Source: Malacoraja senta (lineage: Eukaryota). From it: a stretch of DNA of 64,000 bases. The number at the start of each line of letters is the position of its first letter. Positions within the stretch are counted from its first letter, which is position 1. The position numbers and the translations under genes were made by a program. This document shows positions 1 through 13,124 of this stretch, one piece after another. The stretch is from the NCBI GenBank assembly GCA_038087875.1, contig CM075995.1:6698001-6762000 (forward strand), written 5' to 3'. A model generated the notes under the pieces. The model worked only from the letters and a program-made list of their open reading frames with translations, searched no databases and was not told the origin of the DNA.

Positions 1-2816
1 AACTCTATTGCTGCGCCACCATGCCTCCCTACTTAGGACAAATCAAGAGCAGCGAGAGATTATAGATGGTGCTTTTGGTTTAGTTTAGAGCGTAGAAACA
101 GGCCCTTCGGCCCACCGAGTCTGCATCGACCAGCAATCTCCGCATATTAACACTATCCTACACACACTAGGGACAGATATGCAGAGAGCAACAATAATCA
201 AAGAAATGTGGAGTCCACAATGGTCAATATGTACTGACAAAGTTGCAATATAACTGCTGAGGAAAAAAGAGAATAAAGTGACAAGCGATGTTGTTTCTAG
301 TTGCTCAAATACAATTCAAGAGTGACCACACTATAATTTAAACGCTACATTCAAGCAATAAATATAAAGTTACGCTATGAAAGGATTGCTTCACAATGGT
401 GTTGAAATGTTACTCATGGCTTACCATTCCCCCTTACTTTAAGGAGAGCTTTTGTAAGTATATTCGGATTTTGGATTGTTAGCTCTCCAGAATTATCCTA
501 GAGAGCAAAGTTAATTACAGGCATTTGATCCTTACTAGTTAAGCAGAGCCAAACAAAAACAAATAAAAACAATGATTACTGAAGCTAAATGTCTATCAAA
601 ACTACTTTAACTTTGAGAAGTAACTTTTTGTCTCACGTACTCTTTAGACCTTAGGCTTTAGATACAGCGCAAAAACAGGCCCTGCAGCCCACTGAGTCCG
701 CGCCGACCAGCGATCACCCTGTACACTAGCATTATCCTACACACACTACACAATTTTACAGAAGGCAATTAACTTAAAAACCCGCATGCCTTTGGAGTGT
801 GGGAGGAAACCAGAGCACCCGGAGAAAACCCACACATGGCCACCCATACAGGCAGCACCTGTAGTCAGGATGGAACCCGCGTCTCCAGCACTGAAAGGAA
901 GCAACTCTACTGCTGCGCCACTGTACCGCCCCTAACCCACATAATTCACCAAAATTAATCTTCATGAAACAAGGTACTATGAATATAATTTCAAATGTAA
1001 ACCTGAAAATACTCCTTGCTTCAGACAAGATTAAACTGAACAAAGTTTATCACAGGAAGTAAACAATTTTTAATCATTGCATCTAGCCTCCCACCTGTAA
1101 ATATCCGAATATTAAAGAACTGAAAACGAGAAGGCGCGTAAAGGTACAGCAGTAAGTTTCTTGAAAAAGTAAAATTAATATATCTCAAAGCCTTAATATT
1201 CCTTGCATCCTGAAGCCATTGCAAACAGCAGCCATTAGTGGAACCACAAGCATGGTGATTCATTTAATTTGTAGCTTGGTCAATTTCCAGCGGAAGACTG
1301 TTTCTTGTGCTGTATTTTTCTTAAAACGGTGAGGATGTTGTCTGTACCAGGACTTGAGGGTCTGAGCTACAGGGAGCGATTAAGCAGCCTAGGATTCTAT
1401 TCCTTGGAACGCAGGAGGATGAGGGGTGATCTTATAGAGGTGTACAAGATCATGAGAGGGACACATCGGGTAAACACAGAGTCATGAACCAGTCCACATA
1501 GGTTTAAGGTGAAGGGGGAAGATTTAATAGGTAACTTATTTGTTTACACAAAGGTTGGAGGGTGCATGGACAGAGCTGCTGGAGGAGGTAGTTGAGGTAG
1601 GATACTATCACAGCGTTTCAGAAACATTTAGACAGGTACATGGATAGGACGGGTTTAGAGGGATATGGGCCAAATGCAGGCAGGTGGGACTAGTGTAGAT
1701 GGGACAAGTTGGTTAGTGTGGGCAATAGACAATAGACAATAGGTGCAGGAGTAGGCCATTTGGCCCTTCGAGCCAGCACCGCCATTCAATGTGATCATGG
1801 CTGATCATCCCCAATCAGTACCCCGTCCATGCCTTCTCCCCATATCCCCTGACTATTTTTAAGAGCCCTATCTAGCTCTCTCTTGAAAGCATCCAGAGAA
1901 CCTGCCTCCACCACCTTCTGAGGCAGAGAATTCCACAGACTCACCACTCTCTGTGAGAAAAAGTGTTTCCTCGTCTCCGTTCTAACATCCACAGGCAAGT
2001 TGGACCTGTTTAACTCAGCATGACTATGACTCTCTATGACACAAAACATTACAGAAATTAAACTAAATCAGCATTAGCCGCAGAGCAAGCACCATCCCGA
2101 CAGATACCAAAGGCGTGATCGAAAGATAAAATGGTGGGTTTGGAAAGTATTCTTTTAGAGCTTAGAGGTCAAGCAACTTAAAACATGGCCGCAAGAAGCA
2201 AGTCAATTAAATCCGTGATGCACAAGAACTGGAAAGGCAAGGGAATGAGGAAGCTGCAGCCAGTTCTCCCCGTGACCTGCATGGGTTTTCTCCGGGAGCT
2301 CCGGTTTCCTCCCACACTCCAAAAATGTACAGGTTTGTAGGCTAATTGGCTTTGTAAAATTGTAAATCGTCCCTAGTGTGTGTAGGATCGCGTTAGTGTG
2401 CGGGGATTGCTGGTCAGCGCAGACTCGGTGGGCCGAAGAGCCTGTTTCCGCGCTGTATCTCGAAACTAAACTAAACAAGAGAAGTATGAGGCGGCAGAGG
2501 GAATTGAGAACAAGAATGAGGCTTTTTAATTTGTGACAGGGAACGAGAACATGGACAAATATTTCAGATGAGTCATAGAAACATAGAAAGTAGGTGCAGG
2601 AGGAGGCCATTCGGCCCTTCGAGCCAGCACCGCCATGATCCATCCACAATCAGTAACCCGTGCCTGCCTTCTCCCCATATCCCTTGATTCCGCTAGCCCC
2701 AAGAGCTCTATCTAACTCTCTTTGAAATGCCTACAGTGAATTGGCCTTCTGTGGCAGAGAATTCCATAGATTCCTAAAGTCTAAAGTAGCTACTTGATAG
2801 ATCTACATATGTATTA

Positions 2817-2835
2817 GCAGCGCCCTCTGGTGGGG
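2817..2835 (-). promoter_or_regulatory. CTCF-like motif (CCACCAGAGGGCGCTG)
   Basis: Near-consensus core in otherwise AT-rich non-repeat sequence. Motif match only. Confidence 0.6.
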
Positions 2836-4267
2836 GCTTAAAAAACAGCATAAAAATGCAAATGCTTCTTATGGACAATAATAGCATTACAGCCAAATGC
2901 TTTACAATGCACAATATATAACTTCATGAGCAGGTATCTTGTGAGAAAGAAAAATTATTGTCAATATATGGCCCTATTTTAATTCAAAGGTCAAACATTG
3001 CCAACCAACAACTCCCAACCACCTGCCCATTGAGGACCCTTGGACTATCTTTAAGAAAGAACTGCAGATGCTGGAAAAATCAAAGGTAGACAAAAATGTT
3101 GGAGAAACTCAGCGGGTGAGGCAGCATCTATGGAGCGAAGGAATAGGTGACGTTTCGGTGACGTTCCAATTGGACTTGATCACGCACTAAACGTTATTCC
3201 CTTCATCATGTATCTGTACACTGTGGGTGGCTCGATTGTAATCATGTCTATTCTTTCCACTGACTGGTTAGCACGCAGCAAAACGCTTTTAACTGTACCT
3301 CAGTACACGTGACAATAAACTAAACTGAACATCAACAGCATGTGGTGAAGGACAACAGCAGGTGAATGGGATCAGATCAGATCAGATAGAATTTATTGTC
3401 ATTTAAACATTAAAATTCAAACAAAATTATGTTCAAATTCAAACAAAATTCAATTCAAACGAAATATAGATGGCTATATAAGTATTTCTCCAAGTTAAAA
3501 GATTAGTCTTTCATCACTCATTCAAATTCCTAAAATTTTGCACAACAACACTCTAGGGCAACCAATCAAGAAAATGGTTCAAGACCAATTTTAATTTTGT
3601 TTAGAGATATAGTTAGAAAGCCATAGAGTAATAAAATGAGGAAACAGGCCCTTCAGCCCGACTTGCCCACACCAACCATCATGTCCCATCTACATTCGTC
3701 CCACTTGCCTGCATTTGGCCCATATCCCCCTAAACCGGTCCTATTCATGTACCTGTCTAAATGTTTCTTAATTTTGCGATAGTCCCAGCCTCAACTACCT
3801 CCACTGGCAGCTTGTTCCATACACCCACCACCCTTTGTGTGAAAACGTTGCCCCTCAGATTCCTATTAAATCTTTCCCCCCTCACCTTAAACCTACGTCC
3901 TCTGGTTCTCGATTCCCCTACTCTGAGCAAGAGAATCTGAGCGTCTACCCAATCTCTTCCTTTCATGAGCAGATACAGCATGGAAAAGGGTCCTTCGGCA
4001 TGCCGAGTCCACAATAGCACTATCTCTAAAACTAAGGTACACAAACTACTAGGATATCTAGATAACTCAAATTACAAAATCAAATATAAGTAGAAACTTC
4101 TATAGACGTAAAGGAGGGTTCTGCAAAAGTTTGCAAATATTTATAAACCTTCAAGCAACAAGCAAGGAAAACACACAATTTTCCTCCTTCATAAGAACCT
4201 TTTTTAAGAGATACAGCACGGAAACAAGCCTTGCGGCACACCGAGTCCGATAAGCAATCCCCGTATA

Positions 4268-6900
4268 CATATAGATACATAGATACATAGAAAATAGGTG
4301 CAGGAGTAGGCCATTCGGCCCTTCGAGCCTGCACCGCCATTCAATACGATCATGGCTGATCATCCAACTCAGTATCCCGTACCTGCCTTCTCTCCATACC
4401 CCCTGATCCCTTTAGCCACAAGGGCCACATCTAATTCCTTCTTAAATATAGCCAATGAACTGGCCTCAACTACCCTCTGTGGCAGAGAGTTCCAGAGATT
4501 CACCACTCTCTGTGTGAAAAAGTTTTTCCTCATCTCGGTCCTAAAGGATTTCCCCCTTATCCTTAAGCTGTGACCCCTTGTCCTGGACTTCCCCAACATC
4601 GGGAACAATCTTCCTGCATCTAGCCTGTCCAACCCCATAAGAATCTTGTACGTTTCTATAAGATCCCCTCTCAATCTCCTAAATTCTAGCGAGTATAAGC
4701 CAAGTCTATCCAGTCTTTCTTCATATGAAAGTCCTGACATCCCAGGAATCAGTCTGGTGAACCTTCTCTGCACTCCCTCTATGGCTATAATGTCCTTCCT
4801 CAGATTTGGAGACCAAAACTGTACGCAATACTCCAGGTGTGGTCTCACCAAGACCCTGTACAACTGCAGTAGAACCTCGCTGCTCCTATACTCAAATCCT
4901 CTTGCTATGAAGGCCAACATACCATTCGCTTTCTTCACTGCCTGCTGCACCTGCATGCCTACTTTCAATGACTGGTGTACCATGACACCCAGGTCTCGCT
5001 GCATCTCCCCATTTCCTAATCGGCCACCATTTAGATAATAGTCTGCCTTCCCGTTTTTGCTACCAAAGTGGATAACCTCACATTTATCCACATTATACTG
5101 CATCTGCCAAACATTTGCCCACTCACCCAGCCTATCCAAGTCACCTTGCAGTCTCCTAGCATCCTCCTCACAGCTAACACTGCCCCCCAGCTTAGTGTCA
5201 TCCGCAAACTTGGAGATGTTGCTTTCAATTCCCTCGTCCAGATCATTAATATAAATTGTAAATAGCTGGGGTCCCAGCACTGAGCCTTGCGGTACCCCAC
5301 TAGTCACTGCCTGCCATTGTGAAAAGGACCCGTTTACTCCTACTCTTTGCTTCCTGTTTGCCAGCCAGTTCTCTATCCACATCAATACTGAACCCCCAAT
5401 ACCGTGTGATTTAAGTTTGTATCCTAATCTCTTATGTGGTACCTTGTCGAAAGCCTTCTGAAAGTCCAGATACAACACATCCACTGGTTCTCCCCTATCC
5501 ACTCTACTAGTTACATCCTCGAAAAATTCTATAAGATTCGTCAGACACGATTTACCTTTCGTAAATCCATGCTGACTTTGTCCAATGATTTCACCACTTT
5601 CCAAATGTGCTGCTATCCCATCTTTAATAACTGACTCTAGCAGTTTCCCCACTACCGATGTTAGACTAACTGGTCTGTAATTCCCCGTTTTCTCTCTCCC
5701 TCCCTTCTTAAAAAGTGGGGTTACGTTTGCAACCCTCCAATCCTCAGGAACTACTCCAGAATCTAAAGAGTTTTGAAAAAATTATCACTAATGCATCCAC
5801 TATTTCTGGAGCTACTTCCTTAAGTACTCTGGGATGCAGCCTATCTGGCCCTGGTGATTTATCGGCCTTTAATCCATTCAATTTACCCAACACCACTTCC
5901 CGACTAACCTGGATTTCACTCAGTTCCTCCATCTCCTTTGACCCGCGGCCCCCTGCTATTTCCGGCAGATTATTTATGTCTTCCTTAGTGAAGACGGAAC
6001 CAAAGTAGTTATTCAATTGGTCTGCCATATCCTTGTTCCCCATGATCAATTCACCTGTTTCTGACTGCAAGGGACCTACATTTGATTTAACTAATCTCTT
6101 TCTCTTCACATATCTATAAAAACTTTTGCAGTCAGTTTTTATGTTCCCTGCCAGTTTCCTTTCATAATCTATTTTCCCTTTCCTAATTAAGCCCTTTGTC
6201 CTCCTCTGCTGGTCTCTGAATTTCTCCCAGTCCTCTGGTATGCTGCTTTTTCTAGCTAATTTGTACACATCATCTTTTGCTTTGATACTATCCCTGATTT
6301 CCCTTGTTATCCACGGATGCACTACCTTCCTTGATTTATTCTTTTGCCAAACTGGGATGAACAATTTTTGTAGTTCATCCATGCAGTCTTTAAATGCCTT
6401 CCATTGCATATCCACCGTCAACCCTTTTAGAACTAATTGCCAGTCAATCTTGGCCAATTCACATCTCATACCCTCAAAGTTACCTTTCTTTAAGTTCAGA
6501 ACTGTTGTTTCTGAATTAACAATGTCACTCTCCATCCTAATGAAGAACTCAACCATATTATGATCACTCTTGCCCAAGGGGGCACGCACAACAAGTCTGC
6601 TAACTAACCCTTCCTCATTACTCAATACCCAGTCTAGAATAGCCTGCTCTCTCGTTGGTTCCTCTACATGTTGGTTTAGATAACTATCCCTCATACATTC
6701 CAAGAAATCCTCTTCCTCAGCACCCCTGCCAATTTGATTCACCCAATCTATATGTAGATTGAAGTCACCCATTATAACTGTTTTGCCTTTGTTGCACGCA
6801 TTTCTAATTTCCTGTTTGATGCCATCCCCAACTTCACTACTACTGCTAGGTGGCCTGTACACAACGCCCACCAGCGTTTTCTGCCCCACCAGCGTTTTCT
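4268..6900 (-). mobile_element. 5'-truncated CR1 (HER1-like) LINE inserted in an HE1 SINE
   Basis: ORFs 5744-6889 (GDFN, KSDH, KSPGPD) and 4369-5652 ([24 protein letters not shown]) are joined by a +1 frameshift in an A6 run (5776-5781). (tctatgta)n tail. SINE halves flank both sides. Confidence 0.93.
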
Positions 6901-8482
6901 ACAAGCACTATCCAACACACAGGGGACAATTTTTACCGAAGCCAATTAACCTACAAACCTGTACGTCTTTGGAGGGTGGAAAGAAAACCGGAGAACCCGG
7001 ACAAAACATACGTGGTCACAGGGAGAACATACAAACTCTGTACAGACAGCACCCGTAGTCTGGATCAAACCCGGGTCTCTGGCGCTGTAAGACAGCAACT
7101 CTACCGCTGCGCCACCTCTTAAGAGAAAATAGTCTTTGCTACCATACTTGTGTACGTGGCTTCTCAAGATATTATCGTAAGATATCCCAAATAGCCTTCC
7201 AGAAACATTGACTGGGATTCCATTAAAAACACACAGGGCCTCAATGTCCATTATTATCACCCTTCACTTAATGAAATAGATTTTTGTGCAGTAACCAATA
7301 TTTCCTACTCCGAGGACTCAAAACTACAACTTTGCTTGGCCAGGCCAACCCTGCAACGCCACCAGGACAACGGGCCTTTGTGCCAGCTACACTTAAAGCA
7401 AGACACAAAATGCTGGAGTAACTCAGCGGGACAGGCAGCATCTCTGTCCCACTGAGTTACTCCAGCATTTTTCTGTCTACCTTCGATTTAAACCAGCATC
7501 TGCTGTTCTTTCCTACACTTAAAGCAACCTGGACTTACCAAAACGTGGTGACTTGTATATGGTCTCAGTGGGCTGTTTCTATGCACTTAATGTGTATAGA
7601 ATATTGTGGCTATCAAACTTTACAACTCTTCCCCCTTCTGTTATGGGGTAGACTGAGATTGACTCCCCCCCCCCCCCCCCTCCTCAATCTTTGCACATCC
7701 CCGAAGCCTTTCCACTCGGCACTTTAATTTCATGTTTCATGTATTTTGTGTTTTTTATGGCTGTTGGCAGATTAATTTCCCTCCTGGGATAAATTATGTT
7801 CCATCGTGTCGTAATCTGACGAAGGGTCTCGACCCGAAATGTCATCTATTCCTTTTCTCCAGAGATGCTGCCTGACCCGCTGAGTTACTCCAGCATTTTG
7901 TGTCTATCTTCGGTGTAAAGCAGCATCTGCAGTCCCTTCCTACACTTCTACACACTTCATACTTACACCAGGATAGACACAAAACGCTGGAGTAACACAA
8001 AAGTCCAGAATGGGCCTGTCCCGCCGAGTTATTCCAGCATTTTGTGTCTATCTTCGGTGTAAACCAGCATCTGCAGTTCCTTCCTATACTTACTCTAGGA
8101 TTGTGCATGTGTATAGTAATGACCTTACTGAACTATATTGCAAAAAATGAAATTTAATATACCTCGGTACATGTGAGAATAGAGAACCATTGAACTTCAG
8201 AAGAATTCGAACTTGGGCCAAATCTTTGTACTAATACAGATAATATATATGAATGTGTACCACTGGCCAAGGCTTCCACATTCTCTCTCTGGAGGATAGG
8301 TTGGCATGGTATTTCTGCAGGCTCTTAAGCTGCATTACTACAACAAACGTCACTAGTAACAAAGTTCACCAGAAATGTAAATGTAAATACTCAGGCATGT
8401 TTGACTTTTAAAAACAAACTGGAAATATTTTTACGATCATTTTACATGCACATTTGCAAAAAGCTTCATAGCTAAGTAGTAC

Positions 8483-9198
8483 ATAGAACAGAACAGCACA
8501 GGGACGGGCCCTTCGGCCCACAATGTCTGTGCCAAACATGATGCCAAGTTAAACTGATCTCATCTGCCTGTACATGATCCACATCCCTCTGTTCCTACAC
8601 TCCCATGTGCCTATCTAAAAGCCTCAAATGCCACTATCGTATCTGCCTCCACCACCACCCCTAGTAATGCATCCAGGCCCCAATTATTCTGTGTAAAAAA
8701 AACGTGCCCCTCATATCACCATTAAACTTTCCCCCGATCACCTTATCGCTATATCCCCGAGCTTTGGACATTTCCACCTTGGAAAAAAGGTTCTGACTGT
8801 CTACCCGATCCAGGCCTCATAATTTTATATACTCCCAACCTCCGAAATTGCAGACAATGTCTCCCCTTAACCTCCGAAGTTCCAAGGAACACAATGCAAG
8901 TCTATCCAATCTCTCCCAGCATCTGAAACCCTCTAATCCAGGCAGCATTCTGGTTAACCACCTCTTCACAACCCTCCAAAGCATCCACATCTTTCCTGCA
9001 ATGGGGCGACCAGAACTGCACGCAATACTCCAACTGTGACTTACCCAAAGTCTTATTGAGCTGCAGCATGACCTCCTGACTCTATACTCAACGTCCCTAG
9101 CAATGAAGGCAAGCATATTATACAGTCTTTACCACCCTATCTACTTGGGCTGCCACTTGTAGAGAGTTGTGAATTTGGACTCCAAGATCCCTCTGCAT
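8483..9198 (-). mobile_element. Old, diverged CR1 3' fragment
   Basis: MLAFIARDVEY...TRMLPGLEGF...LRGD remnants and a CR1-type 3' UTR/tail. Confidence 0.75.
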
Positions 9199-9308
9199 AG
9201 ACTGTATAAACAGTTTTTGAACTGTATATATTACCATATCAAGAGCAATCCAATGTACAATGGACTATGAGCTTTAATCGGATCGAAATTTACGAAAAAC
9301 AAACTCAC

Positions 9309-9441
9309 CGAGTTTGGAAGTCAGGCCATCCAGGCCAACTAATAATGCTGGAATTTCTTGAAGCTGTTCCTGCAGTTCCACCAACTGCTGCTTTTTTTTC
9401 TCCCAGTGTGCAGAAAGTACCACCACTTTGCCATCGACTAT
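9309..9441 (-). CDS. DTNBP1: Dysbindin-1 coding exon 5 (133 bp; IVDGKVVVLSAHWEKKKQQLVELQEQLQEIPALLVGLDGLTSKL)
   Basis: Acceptor ttttacttgcAG and donor GTgagt. Strong match to human LVDSEVVMLSAHWEKKKTSLVELQEQLQQLPALIADLESMTANL. Phase 0 start fits exon 4. Confidence 0.97.
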
Positions 9442-11631
9442 CTGCAAGTAAAACCAAACATATAATTAAAAGCTGGACTAGCCGAATAAATATGCCTTTA
9501 ATCAAGCCGCCGATGATGGCCGCGAGGAGCAAGGCCAGTAGGAAATTGAACCGGGATCATACTTTCTGCGCCCTCAAGGTGGGCTGTGGGAGGTTCCCAC
9601 AGGGCACAAAGGTGGCCGGGCGAGGAGAGGGACATCAATTCGCTGAACGAGCCAGACGAAGCTAACGGCTGGAGGCCTTGCAGAAGCTGGGGCCTGCCTG
9701 GATCAGGCGCCGCTCTATGGCGGATGACTGGACTTTGGAAACGGCACCATATTTGGCCACTCAAACAATAATTTCACCGCCTTTTGCACGTGTGACAACA
9801 AATCTCCATTGAACCACTCACACGTGTCCTTGCACTTACACATTGCTTTATTCAAATACACAGATAATACTTTGTTTCTCAGCACAATGATCAACTGGAT
9901 TATCAGGAGTGGATGGCGATGGATTATACTTTACCACAATAACAGTGCATAATCCCAAACTGTTTATTCCCCTGTTATACAGTTCAAAAACTGTTTATAC
10001 AGTCTTTCAGTACATCTCGGTGAGCATGACAATAAACCAAAACCTTGCTTTACGATATGGAACTATAACGCAAAAATGATGCAAAATACATTCTGCACTC
10101 TGGTATTTTTCACTTTGCTCTACCTGTTATACTTGTGCATGGCATGATTGCATTTGTGTACAGTATAACCTGATTTAATTGAATAACATGCAAACAAAAC
10201 TGTACTTGTACCTCGGTATAAACCAATATCTTATTTTACTACATCTATTTATGAAGTTATTACAATACAACGATATGCCTGTCACTTGCTGCAAAGCTAA
10301 TAAAATGTAATCTTTAAGTCGCATTCTAGAGCAGATCTTACATGAATAACAGGAGGATGAGCGGTGATCTTATAGAGGTGTATAAAATCATGAGAGGTAT
10401 AAATCGGGTAGATGCACAGAGTCTCTCGCCCAGAGTAGGGGAATCAAGGACCAGAGGACATCGGTTTAAGATGAAGAGGGAAAGATTTAATAGGAATCTG
10501 AAGGGTAACTTTTTCACACAAAAGGTGGTGGGTGTATGGAACGAGCTGCCAGAGGAGGTAGTTGAGGCTGGGACTATCGCAACGTTTAAGAAACAGTTAG
10601 ACAGGTACATGGATAGGACAGGTTTGGAGGGATATGGACAAAACGCAGGCAGGTGGGACTAGTGTAGCTGGGACGTTGGCCGGTGTGGGCAGGTTCCACA
10701 CTGTATGACTCTATGACATGACGATTATAAAACTAAACCTGAAAAGAGTAAATAATATACACCAAAGCTTAAAAAATTTAATGAAGGAGAATCTACTGTT
10801 GTAGAATCTTAATACACTATGGGCTGCTGGAACAGCACAGGAATATACTCTGAAGAAGTGTTCTGACCCAAATCATCACACATCCATTCCCTCCACAGAT
10901 GCTGCCTGACCTGCTTTGCTCAAGATTGCTGTATCTGCAGTTCCCTACGTCAATGGGAATATAATCATCCTTTTAAGGGAAATTTTAAAGCAAAGATGAA
11001 GCCATTCTTCTTGATTAGTACGGGTGTTCGGGGTCATGGGGAGAAGGCAGGAGAATGGGGTTGAGAGGGAAAGTTAGATCAGCCATGATTGAATGGCGGA
11101 GTAGATTTGATGGGCTAAATGACCTAATTCTGCTCCTATGACTTATGAACATTCTTCAAATGTTAGGAGGAACAAACATCAAATCTCTGTAATTGTGCTC
11201 AAAATCTTCTAGCTATTTACAATGACCATAGAGGTCAGTGAGCAAGTTCCATGTCTGTGCCATCTTTTGATATTAAAGGGTGGAACGATGGCGCAGTGGT
11301 TTAGTTGCTGCCTTAAAGCTCTAGAGACTCGGATTCGATCCTGACTATGGGTGCTGTCTGTACGGAGTTTGTATGTTTCCGGTTTTCCACCCACATCCCA
11401 AAGACATGTGGGATTGTAGGTTCATTGACTTCGGTAAAGATTGTAAATTGTCACTAGTGTGTAGGATAGTGCGAGTGTACGGGGATCACTAGTGTACGGG
11501 GATCGCTGGTCGCGCAAACTTGGCGGGTCGAAGGGCCTGTTTCTGCGCTGTATTTCTAAACTAAATACTAAATTAAACTGAACAAAGATGATTGTTAACT
11601 AAAAAATAAAAGACAACAAAGCTTATGAAAC

Positions 11632-11662
11632 CTGCAGTGCCGATGACCACTAGATGGAGTAG
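11632..11662 (+). promoter_or_regulatory. CTCF-like motif with upstream TGCAG module
   Basis: ctgcagtgccgatgaCCACTAGATGGAGTA. Motif match only. Confidence 0.5.
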
Positions 11663-11816
11663 CTGCTTTATCAAGCATCTTAACACAAGAAATCTGATAA
11701 GAAATTAGATATGCTGGGAAGGGGAGATGCTGACAACCTGAAATTAAAACAGAAAACCTATACGGTGGCACAACGGTAGAGTTGCTGCCTTACAGCGCCA
11801 GAGACCTGGTTTCCGG

Positions 11817-12737
11817 CAGATGACACAAAGCTGGGTGGCAGTGTGAACTGTGAGGAGGATGCTATGAGAATGCAGGGTGACTTGGACAGGTTGGGGGAGT
11901 GGGCAGATGCATGGCAGATGAAGTTTAATACAGATAAATGTGAGGTTATCCTCTTTGGTAGCAAAAACAGGAAGTCAGATTACTATCTAAATGGCATCAA
12001 GTTGGGAAAAGGGGAATTACAACGGGATCTGGGGGTCCTTGTACATCAGTCTATGAAAGTAAGCATGCAGATAAAGCAGGCAGTGAAGAAGGCGAATGGC
12101 ATGTTGGCCTTTATAACAAGAGGAATCGAATATAGGAGCAAAGAGGTCCTTCTGCAGTTGTACAGAGCCCTAGTGATATCACACCCAGAGTATTGTGTGC
12201 AGTTTTGGTCCCCTAATTTGCGGAAGGACATTCTAGCTATTGAGGGAGTGCAGCGTAGGTTCACAAGGTTAATTCCCGGGATGGCGGGACTGTCATATGC
12301 TGAGAGAATGGAGCAGCTGGCCTTGTACACTCTGGAGTTTAGAAGGATGAGAGGAGATCTCATTGAAACATATGAGATTGTTAAGGGTTTGGACACGCTA
12401 GAGGCAGGAAACATGTTCCCGATGTTGGGGGAGTCCAGAACCAGGGGCCACAGTTTAAGAATAAGGAGTGAACCATTTAGAACAGAGACGAGGAAACACT
12501 TTTTCTCACAGAGAGTGGTAAGTCTGTGGAATTCTCTGCCTCAGAGGGCGTTGGAGGCAGGTTCTCTGGATGCTTTCAAGAGAGAGCTAGATAGGGCTCT
12601 TAAAGATAGCAGAGTCAGGGGATATGGGGAGAAGGCAGGAACGGGGTACAGATTGGGGATGATCAGCCATGATCACATTGAATGGCAGTGGTGGCTCGAA
12701 GGGCCGAATTGCCTACTCCTGCACCTATTGTCTATTG
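11817..12737 (+). mobile_element. CR1 LINE 3' fragment splitting an HE1 SINE
   Basis: ADDTKLGG...RGYGEKAGTGY RT C-terminus and (ctattgt) tail. SINE head at 11762-11812 resumes at 12738. Confidence 0.9.
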
Positions 12738-13093
12738 TTTCGATCCTGACTTTGGGTGCTGTCTGTACAGTTTGTACGTTCTCCCTGTGAACACGTGGGC
12801 TTTCTCCGGTTTCCACCCACACTCCAAAGATGTACAGTTTTGTCCGTTAATTGGCTTCGTTAAAATTGTAAATTGTCCCTAATGTACAGTGATCGCTGGT
12901 CGGCACAGAATCGGTGGGCCGAAGGGCCTGTTTCTGCACTATATCTCTAAACTAATACAAATCTAAATAAAGATGAAAATGTCAATGAATAAACAAGCAA
13001 CTCAAAGTTCTGAGCACAGATTTTTAATGTGCCAAGCGACTGAAAATTAAAATGTGTAACTAAAAAATAAATGACAAAAAAGGCAAATTAAAC

Positions 13094-13124
13094 CTGCAGT
13101 GCAGATGGCCACTAGATGGAGTAG
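13094..13124 (+). promoter_or_regulatory. CTCF-like motif with upstream TGCAG module (paralogous copy)
   Basis: ctgcagtgcagatggCCACTAGATGGAGTA. Motif match only. Confidence 0.55.

Noticed and set aside
935..1320. DTNBP1 exon 6
   Set aside because: I found no minus-strand frame resembling HLEASFEEVE...LEDLCGQCEL here or elsewhere in 1-9300; exon 6 is probably left of the window.
9305..9532. ORF-track 75-aa minus-strand ORF as the exon 5 product
   Set aside because: Wrong frame; the dysbindin match is in another frame bounded by splice sites at 9309 and 9441.
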